Of a DNA stretch of 64,000 nt, positions 54,621 to 64,000 are shown in pieces. Below the pieces are notes generated by a model. The model ran no database searches. It was not told where the DNA came from and saw nothing but the letters and a program-made list of their open reading frames with translations. Position numbers and translations under genes: made by a program. Within the stretch, counting starts at the first letter, position 1; every line of letters starts with the position of its first letter. Source of the DNA: the human T2T-CHM13v2.0 reference genome, Homo sapiens; NCBI RefSeq assembly GCF_009914755.1, contig NC_060931.1; one strand, given 5' to 3'.

Positions 54621-57344
54621 GGAGGCCTTGCATGGACAAATATGGGTCTCTTTCTTGTGTTTTAGGCCATTTATAATGTGTAAATGGATTCCAATAAATT
54701 AGTCAATTCAACTGCTAATCACGGACACCCATTTCCATCTAGCCTTCTCTTTTGCCACTTGTTGGTCATTCTTGGCTCCAGCTACCTCTAATTATCTAGT
54801 TTTCTATACTGTTTGGCTGTGTAAACTAACAAATCTCTAGGGATAGGCTTTAGATTTGCAAGCAGAGTCTGGATGTTTTTCTTAACAATTTAACCATAGT
54901 CAGTGCCACAGATGTGTTAGCAAAAAATAAAAGTGTAAAGTTTTATTGGGAATTAACATTTCAATGCAGTTGCTGCTGTACTTTACACACAGCCTTGAAA
55001 ACAAGTATTATAAATTGAATAACCAGAAAAGATTATAACTCCCTACGTCTAAGATGTGTGTTATCCTAAGTGTCTATTGTGTGCAATAATGTAACTAGTT
55101 TAAAAACAGTGTTCAAATTTTGTCCAAATAGTCTATCAAAGCAAAGGATGGAATTCTGGTGCTCTGTACTTTAGTTGGCTTGTGTGTATTAAGATGAGTA
55201 GCTGTAAACTGAAGTCATTTGCATAACACTCCACCTGAGGGCCCCAAATCAGGCCTCATCTATGCAATCGTGATTTTTATTTTATTTTAGTTAGATAATA
55301 TATTTTGAACAAAGGAATTTTCTGTTGTATATTATTACCTTTAAAATGTCACTTTGTCTAGCAAAGTGTAAGCTCACAGAAATGTGTGGATATATAGAGA
55401 AATGTTGAATAAACACATTTACATTACTAGAAAAGAAAAAGTGATGGCTGGTGACTTAGGATTCCAAGATGTGCTTATTTATCAGTATAGAGCTTGGCTG
55501 CCTCTTTATAGTTTTCTAGTACTTGTAGGAATATTAGTAAGTTGCTTAACTGGGTAAAGAAGTAGCAACTTAAATATATATAATCCATTATGACACAGGG
55601 CTTAAAGGCCAGAGAGAAAACATACTGTTTGGGACCTATAGTTTTATACTCTGTTGTTTCAAATCTCATTATTTATCAAGAAGTGTAAAGAGCCAACCAA
55701 GGTGATTAAGGGGGAAAAGACTTCTGAACCAAATATGTTTACTCATCACTCTGAAGTATATGGGCTTATGCAGAAATGCTAACCCTGCTACAAATTTACA
55801 CTGTTCAGCAAATACTGGGTCTCTATGTTTTGTTTATTCCAATTGTGTCCTTTAGTCTCTGAGTCTCTGAAAGCATGGTACAGGTTGAATGTAGCCATCT
55901 GTGATGTCCTGTCTGATGTATCAGAGTTATCTTGACAACAGACAGCAAAGTTATAGATGTACTTTGTTTCATACTAATCTGGTATTGAGACCTAAGGAAA
56001 CTAGAATAATTATAAAGGGCAGTTTTTGAAGAAATTCCCCATGCTATGTTTAACCAGGTTGATAATGACAGAATTTGCAAATTAAACTAAATTAAAAAAT
56101 TTCTAAGGTTATAACATTTATACTAAGATCTGTGATTCCTTAGAAAGTTAATGTTTTAGTTGGGTTCCATTTAAGTAGAAGGTTGTCAGAATGTGAATAA
56201 AGAAATAATGGGAAGGTATTTAGAAGTGCATTTAAGAAATGACAGACCAAAGAGAAAATGCTAGTTTGTTAATAGGAAGAGTAGACATTAAATGAATTAT
56301 TTGCTAAGATATTTACAGGGAAAGGCAGGGGACAGATGCCAGCCACAGACATGAGTTTCCCCAGAGAGGAAAAGAGGAACTATGATAGCACAAAACCAGA
56401 TGATCAAGGTATTAGAATGTGAAGTCTGAGAAAAGCTCCTGGCCATATGGAGCCCATCCCATTACTGTGAAATGAAAAAAGAAAGAAAGAAACCTTCCTC
56501 TCTATGCTTAGTTTCCAACTATACAAGGCACTATATTAAAAGGAAATGCAAATGCATTTAGTTTAGAAGAAAACTAAAGATTAATTTAGCTATGAACAAG
56601 ATGATTTTTATTGATAATAAAACAATGCATTTTACAGGTTATAAATTGAAGTTTATTTGAAACTTATAAATGACTTAATAAAATATACTCTCCATCTTTT
56701 TGTCACCGAAGTAATTAGATTACATTACCAAATAGTTGCCCAAAGAATTAGTGTTTACATATATATAAACATACATACATTTATATATATTTTATAACTA
56801 TATATGTTTATAAAATAATCTTTAGTATCAACCAATATAAACATCTCAATGTTGTATGTTTCCAGTGAAAATGAAGAATAATTAGGATTAGTTAAAGCTT
56901 GATGGAGTTAGAGGATACTTTTGAGAGAAAATGTTGGATAGGAGGAATACATTTATCCTATTTCAAGTACTCTCTAAAGTAGGTGATTTCCTAAGTGTTT
57001 TAGGTCGCTAGTACACTAGTACTATTGTTTAGTAGCCCAAGGGTCTACAAAACTCACCAAGTTATGGGTTCAGAAGCAGGTTATGCCAGCCGTTAGTCCA
57101 GAAGTTCAATAAACCCCACCTCTAGGTGCTTGGTCTAATTGCCATTATATAAATTCACATCTTTCCCTTGAGTAGATATATTTTTCCTTTTCCTTTACTC
57201 CTCTTAGAACTACTTATGTCTCTCTTATGTACCCTTTCCCCTTCTAGAACATCTCTTGGGGCCTGTGGGAGTTTCTCATTTACAGTCCTTTTGCATCTCC
57301 AGTGTTTTTCTCCAGTTGCATCCTAGCTTCCTCTGGTTGTTGCT

Positions 57345-57383
57345 CACTACAGCCAGCATTGGAGCTGTTTGCTGGCTGTAGTG
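57345..57383. other. Perfect 14-bp inverted repeat with 11-nt loop
   Basis: CACTACAGCCAGCA (57345-57358) and TGCTGGCTGTAGTG (57370-57383) are exact reverse complements. Confidence 0.95.
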
Positions 57384-57741
57384 GATGGGCAGCTATGCCA
57401 GTGTTCAGGGGCACCCATCCTCTCGTGATCACCAAAAATCTCTTATTAATCTCACTCCCACTGCTCTCAGCCAAGTCACAGGCTCCTACGGGTCCGCAGA
57501 GCCTCCTGTTAAGGAATGGGTCACTTCCTATTAGTTGCTGCTCGTGTCATTTAGGCTATTACCACTGCCTGCAGGTTTGTGGTCTGCACATGAACTACTC
57601 CTAGGGGAAAAAAAAATAGTCCTCTTGTTGTTATTTTGTTTATGTAGAGTGGTCCCACAGCAGAGTTGCTTTGGACCTTATTATAAAATCTATTTTATCC
57701 TTGCAGACCTCTCCTCTCTTAGTTTTGGTTCACTTTTCTAG

Positions 57742-58096
<355 letters not shown>

Positions 58097-58590
58097 TGCT
58101 TTATCCAATTCTTATTGGCCCCTAACATTTTAAGAAATAGTTCTGTAAAGAACACGTTCAAGTGTAATTCAGTACAATTTGCAACATTATGGGCTAGACA
58201 AATATAATTTCAAGGAATTGGGGTGCCGCACTGGAGAGCTCTATGAAAAGAGAAACTGTATCCCGTTTATCTGTGTATCTCATATAATGGCCAGGATGTT
58301 TTTTAATTAATGTAACATGTTTAATTGATAACGTTAGAGTAAGAATTAAGGAACACTCTAATCATAGCAGGTTTGAAATTGTTAATTGTTAAAATCTTAT
58401 TGTCAATTTTCCCTCAATGTTTCTTTGTCACAAATTAACTTTTGTTATTATTTTTGGTGTGAGTTGAAAGTCTTTGGTTAAGAACAAATATTTGTGATCA
58501 AATGTGTCTGAATTGGGTGAAGGCTTGTTTCATGGTGGCCTTAATCACCCAAGTCTATTTGTTGCACTCTCTTCATTAAGATTTAAGCTA

Positions 58591-58874
<284 letters not shown>

Positions 58875-59729
58875 GCTAAATCATCTGTTTGAAACCCTAG
58901 TATGTTTTCAGACACGGAGTGGTATTTGTTCATGACCTGATTACTCTCATCAACAGCATAAAGCTTTTATTCAGTGCCATTTGTGGGTTTTCCTATGCTG
59001 GTAATTGTATAAAAGAAATTCAATTCATTTCAAACATTTATTGAGTACATGTGATGCATCAGGTACTATGATAGATCCTGGGGATATGAAGGTGCATTAA
59101 ATGTGGTAAGAGTTTGCTGGTGGTGAATCGGGGAGAGGGATAGTTTGTTTCAGATGGAAGGAACAGCATATGCAGAAAGCACAGAGTGTGGAAAATACAT
59201 GGGCTGTGTGAGGTCAGATGAATAATCAGTGCAGGTAAAGTTAAAAAGATATGCAGTCTGTTCTTCCAAGCCATATAACCTAAGATTGTAGATTGCATTG
59301 AGAAAAACAAATCTCGTGTCTTATAGATTATTTCTCCAAATGACTCAAGAGAAAATGTTAGGTAGTATATATAGATGCTTAGTTAAAACTTGTTCAATGA
59401 CAAAAAAGCATTTTAAAATGAAACAAAACTAAAAATATGTTTCTGATGGAAGTAGGAAGATGGTGCACATTTCAAAAAGTGAAGTACAATGCCAAGACAC
59501 TTGTGCTTAGTGACTAAGGAAAATTGTAGAATTATTATGCAATGATCAAAGGAATGAATTCATGTAATACCAAGGATCACTGTAACAGTTATTGATATAA
59601 AGTTAACACCTGGAGCTGCCAGTGCTAATGAGGTAGCTCCCATCAAGGATACCTGTGATCAGCATCTTTTATATGCAAAAAAGTGCTAAAACAGCTCCTG
59701 CATAAGCCATGAGGAAAATTTCTATTAAC

Positions 59730-59940
59730 AGAATATTAGTGCTGGAAAAGGATCACATGACCTAAAGCTATCAGCAACCTTCTGAATACTTCACCTGGGA
59801 CAGGGTTAAGAGACTATTGAACTAGATGTTTTACAGATGAACAAACTGAGGCTACAGAGGTAAAGAGAGTTGCTCAAACACACAACTGGCTAGTAACAGA
59901 GCCAGCGCTAATGTCCGGTACAGTGCTCCTCTCCTAGACT
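59730..59940 (-). mobile_element. MIR
   Basis: TTTTACAGATGAACAAACTGAGGCTACAGAGGTAAAGAGAGTTGCTCAAACACACAACTGGCTAGTAACAGAGCC. Confidence 0.75.
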
Positions 59941-61094
59941 TTGCTGTCCCTGGCCAGCCCCTTTATGTTACATAGTTAGATAAGTAGATATTTATGACAT
60001 CATTAAGTGGCATAAGTCATTTAGCTTCAGAGCTATAATAATAAAAATCCATCCCTTTTACTTTTAGATTTGAGACCTTTCTACCATATCACACCATCTT
60101 TCATATATAAGCGTTTATCTTCTGACCAAAGTGATATATGATGCAAAAATACCAAATATAAACTGGAATTGCTTTATGCTTCTTTCTGTGAAAGTTAAGT
60201 AATATTTTGAGACAATTTACCCAGTAATGTGGATTTCTTTAACTTTGTAGACACCAAAGTGACCTTGTGTTTATTATAATATATATATGACATAAATTGT
60301 AATATATAGTTCAATGAAGCTACTCAGAGTGGGGAAAGTCCATGAGTTGGAACTGTGCCACTGCCCTGACGTTTGCTGCATCCACTGACCCCTTGTCTCC
60401 TTGACTAGACAGTAAGTCACAGGATTTCTAGGAAGGGTGTGTGCATGTAGAGGGCAATTACAATACTTCAGGCATTTCTTCAGTGTTAACAGTCATATCT
60501 AAATTTTGATTCCATAATATACAATGTATGGTGAAATGAAATCTTAATTATTATACTGCATTACAAAGTTTATGTTTATTAGTACAGTGTGGCTGTTTTT
60601 CTTGACAAACATCAGGCCTGTGTCAGGCTGCATCTGAGATGATTGGGAGACATTGGCCTATCTGGCCTACCACATCTATATTTTTCCAGTCTTTCTCTAC
60701 TATTGGGAGGTTGTAGAAACTTGTCCAGCCCATATGTGCGTCATTTACTGCAGTGAAACTGAGCTTTGCCCCTTTTCTAGAAATCTGAAAGTTGAGATCC
60801 AGAACCAGAAGTCCTCAGGGCAATTATCAGGAGCAAAAGCAAGGAGGCAAGGGAGGAGAAAAACAGGAGGAGGAAGAGAAGTGAAGGGTGAGCATGCCAG
60901 TGGAAGGGTCTGAATGGGTGCTGGGGTGAGGGGTGATTGATCACCTTCACCTTTGTGCTTGAGTATGCCTGTTTCATTGGAAGGGCAAGGGAGGGGCCGA
61001 GCAGGCAGTGAGGATGAATGTGGTTACTTAGGGTCCTGAGGAGCACAGGTGGGAAAATAATTCAGACCTCTGTAAGTCTCTTCTGGCCTTAGAA

Positions 61095-61246
61095 ATAGTA
61101 ATTCTCAAACCTAGCCGTGCCTCAGAAGTTCTTTGGGATCAGATTCCCAGGAAGATGCATTCTGACTTCATAGGTCTTGGGACGAGATCAGGAGAGTATG
61201 TGTTTTAAAAGCACACTAAAGGATTCTGATACACAGCTGATTTGGG
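61095..61246. mobile_element. MER5-family hAT MITE
   Basis: TAGTAATTCTCAAACCTAGC...ATTCTGACTTCATAGGTCTTGG...TGTTTTAAAAGCAC...GATTCTGATACACAGC. Confidence 0.7.
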
Positions 61247-61832
61247 CTATATGCCTCTGGAAATTCTTTACAGTACTCACACAATGATTAAATGATTATA
61301 TTTTAATATTTAATAAAGACTCTGGAATATTTACAAGATACCACTTCTACTTTACCAAATTCCTTTGCTCCATATAAAGGTCATACAAATAAGAGGCAAG
61401 ACTTTACTCTCCTATTCTTATATCATCTGGGGAAAAATCACTTGAAATAAGCATCAGTGGAATCAACATACAGATATAAAATTGAAATATAATCTCATGC
61501 CTCTAGTGCTTAATGGAAATGAGTACCCACCAACTAGACTTTGGGCATGAATAAATAGAAGTATTGACCATCAGTCAGAAGCAATCATTATAACATTTTA
61601 TAAAGAATGAGTGATGCTTCTTCAGAAATGCAGTACAAGATATGCCATTTAAAGGAATGCACACATTATTAACCTTTTAATAGTTCAAGTCATTAGAATG
61701 TGATGTTGAATATTTTCAGGTATCAAGAGAAGATGAATTTACCACAAGGCAGCTTATTCCAGCACAAAGAGCCCTTGATTTCAATTCAAGAAATCTGGGT
61801 TCTAGCTCTCATTCAGCTACTAACTAGCTGGG

Positions 61833-62216
61833 TATATTTTTCTGTTTTGCATTACCATAAAGGAATATCGTGTAGCTTGTGAAGAAGAGGTGTTTATTTG
61901 GCTTGGAGTTCTGCAAACTGTGCAGGAAACATGACACCAGCATCTGCTTGGCTTCTGGTGAGGCCTCAAGAAGCTTTTATCCAGGTCGAAGGTGAAGTGG
62001 GAGCAGGTGTGTCACATGGTGAGAGATTAAACAAGAGAGATGTCAGGCTCTTTTAAACAACTGTCTTTTGCATAAATGCATAGAGCAAGAACTCACTATT
62101 GTGGGGAGGGCATCAAGCCATTCATCAGGGATCCAACTCCATTAGGCCTCACTTCCAACATTGGAGATGACATTTCAATACGAGATTTGGAGGAGAGAAA
62201 CATCCAAACTGTTACA
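61833..62216 (-). mobile_element. MSTB-like MaLR solo LTR inserted into a MIR
   Basis: CCAGCATCTGCTTGGCTTCTGGTGAGGCCTCAAGAAGCTT...CATTTCAATACGAGATTTGGAGG...CATCCAAACTGTTACA. TSD CTGGG/CTGGC; MIR-like flanks at 61770-61832 and 62217-62290. Confidence 0.9.
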
Positions 62217-62514
62217 CTGGCTGAATTGCACAACACTCCTTAGTGTCTTAGAAAAAGAGTGGGGCTATATCTCCAAAGTTTCCCAAAATCAAATTTTCTA
62301 TGATACTTGTCATTGTGATTTAGAATTCTTACACAGGAATGGGTCAGATTACTGCAGTACTACAGTGGTTGGTTGGCAGAAAATGATTCAGCCCAGTGTG
62401 CTTTCTTCTGGTAAAATGCTACAACTGACAAGATCATTTCTGGGTTTGCCATTTATAGTCTCTAAATATCTTTAATTTAAAAATAACCTATTTTTTTCCT
62501 GGCTTTTTGATCTA

Positions 62515-62580
62515 TTAGGTTGGCACAAAAGTAATTGCATTTTTTTGGCATTAACTACTATTACTTTTGCACCAACATAA
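62515..62580. mobile_element. MADE1 (Hsmar1-derived mariner MITE), internally shortened
   Basis: TIRs TTAGGTTGGCACAAAAGTAAT / ATTACTTTTGCACCAACATAA, preceded by TA. Confidence 0.9.
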
Positions 62581-64000
62581 TTTTTTTTGTTCTAGATCAT
62601 CTTGTCACTTAACAAATATATATTGACACATATTATGTTCAAGACACTAGCCTGCTTAATATGAAAAATATACCCCCAAGGAATTTAGAGATTAATAGAG
62701 ATGACAAGAAATAGACAATGCCCAGGAAGCTAGAGACATTGCTATAAAATGATAATTATAAGAATTCAGACTAGGAGACCTTATTTCTACTATGAGTCTG
62801 CTTTATAGAGATGGCATCTGTGTTGCATACTAAAGTTCAGGAAGGATTTGGAAATGGAAATTTGGTGGGGCACAGCACTTCAGGTAGAGAGAGATGAAAG
62901 AACTGTATCATGTTTGGAGAACAGTGAATGATTAAGTTTGATGTATAGGACATAAGAAGAAAATCCCTGGGAAACAAGCTGAAAAGATGGGTTGGATGAG
63001 TGACAGTGAGGCTCATGGGTCTGCCTTTTCAGGAAGAAACTTTCTACGGTCAGGCTATTTCTGGGTTTGTTAATATCATATTCCTGCCCGTGAGGCACCT
63101 TTGCCATTAGCTGTGATCACCACATAGTATGTGTGTGTTTCCTCACACCAGAGCTTATTTTCAGGAGACTTTTGACATGGTATCCTGGCCTTGAAACTTG
63201 GCCTTTGATATGCGATACTTGATGTGAAAGGTTAGGTTCACTGTTCCTACTTTGTTGACTGTTTTCTTTCAGGCCATATTCTGGTTTTATTAATTCTTAG
63301 TCTCCTTCCTTCAGTATGTTTTAAGATGGTATGTATGAAGGAGAAACTGATGCTTGAAATAAAAGAGAAAATGCACGTCTCCTGATACTAAGCACTAACG
63401 ATCCTGGATGTTCAGAGCTTCATGATCGTCTTGCTAACAATCTGGCACACTTACAGAACAGTAACTGCAAGAAGAGACTGTTTGGAGAGGTTTTACTTTC
63501 AATAATAAACCGGATATACTCATTAATTATATTCTAAAACCAACTTTTGACATGGTGAGAAGAAAATTTCAAGTCATTTCCTTCAGTGTCCAATGTCCCC
63601 TGTGCTATTTATTATATTCCTCTGGAAACCATTTTGTTTAGCTATTGAAATCTATTAATTTTGTCCCATTGGTCATATTTAGGCCCTTCTATAAGATGTA
63701 CTTGCTGTGTTAATTATTTAACTATCTTCCAACATAAATAATGTGTGGGTTTGATTTCAAGTGTAGATGATCCAGGATGTGTTTTAAAAGGCTCAAATTC
63801 GCCATGTTGCACTGTATAACTACATTAGGTGTGTCTGGGAATGGCTCTGAGCGGAATTAGAAGTAAGGGAACTTTGTTCTTCATCCTAGACCTACTTTTC
63901 TTGTCCCTTCCCTCTCCTGCCAGTGGTCTTGGCTTCTGTCTCTCAGGAACAGTTTCTATCTGTTCCTTTCAAAACCTGCCCTTATATGATGCTCCTTTAA

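Noticed and set aside
57600-57616. CCTAGGGGAAAAAAAAA matching the end of the transduced tag near 51356
   Set aside because: Only 8 non-A bases match and the upstream sequence differs; not the transduction source.
63273-63328. Acceptor TTTTCTTTCAG and donor ATG|GTATGT defining a 56-bp exon
   Set aside because: Splice-like motifs are frequent in 64 kb of AT-rich DNA; no coding or other support.

Overview
AT-rich, CpG-depleted primate (human-like) genomic DNA that is intronic or intergenic. I find no supportable protein-coding exon, RNA gene or CpG island; the supplied ORFs are mostly read-throughs of Alu, L1, LTR or microsatellite sequence, or short ORFs I cannot match to any protein. The window is dominated by interspersed repeats: nine Alus, five truncated L1PA insertions, one L1MA 3' end, long old L1M/L1ME tracts, three MaLR solo LTRs (THE1A, THE1C, MSTB-like), MIR/L2 fragments and DNA-transposon MITEs (MER63A, MER5, MADE1). 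I do not see a new multi-gene biological system. The most interesting signals are retrotransposition by-products and local rearrangements: an L1PA3 with both a twin-priming inversion and a 3' transduction (50648-51386), an L1PA2 with a 13-bp micro-transduction (35556-35926), an L1PA5 whose inverted part comes from ORF1 (38178-38603), a ~690-bp GC-rich putative retrocopied mRNA 3' UTR (25870-26562), a ~260-bp diverged duplication with a 34-bp identical core (30937-32190), a perfect 14-bp-stem hairpin (57345-57383) and a CpG-retaining non-repeat patch (7910-8065). Subfamily names come from remembered consensus diagnostics and need RepeatMasker/Dfam confirmation; boundaries of old repeats are approximate.
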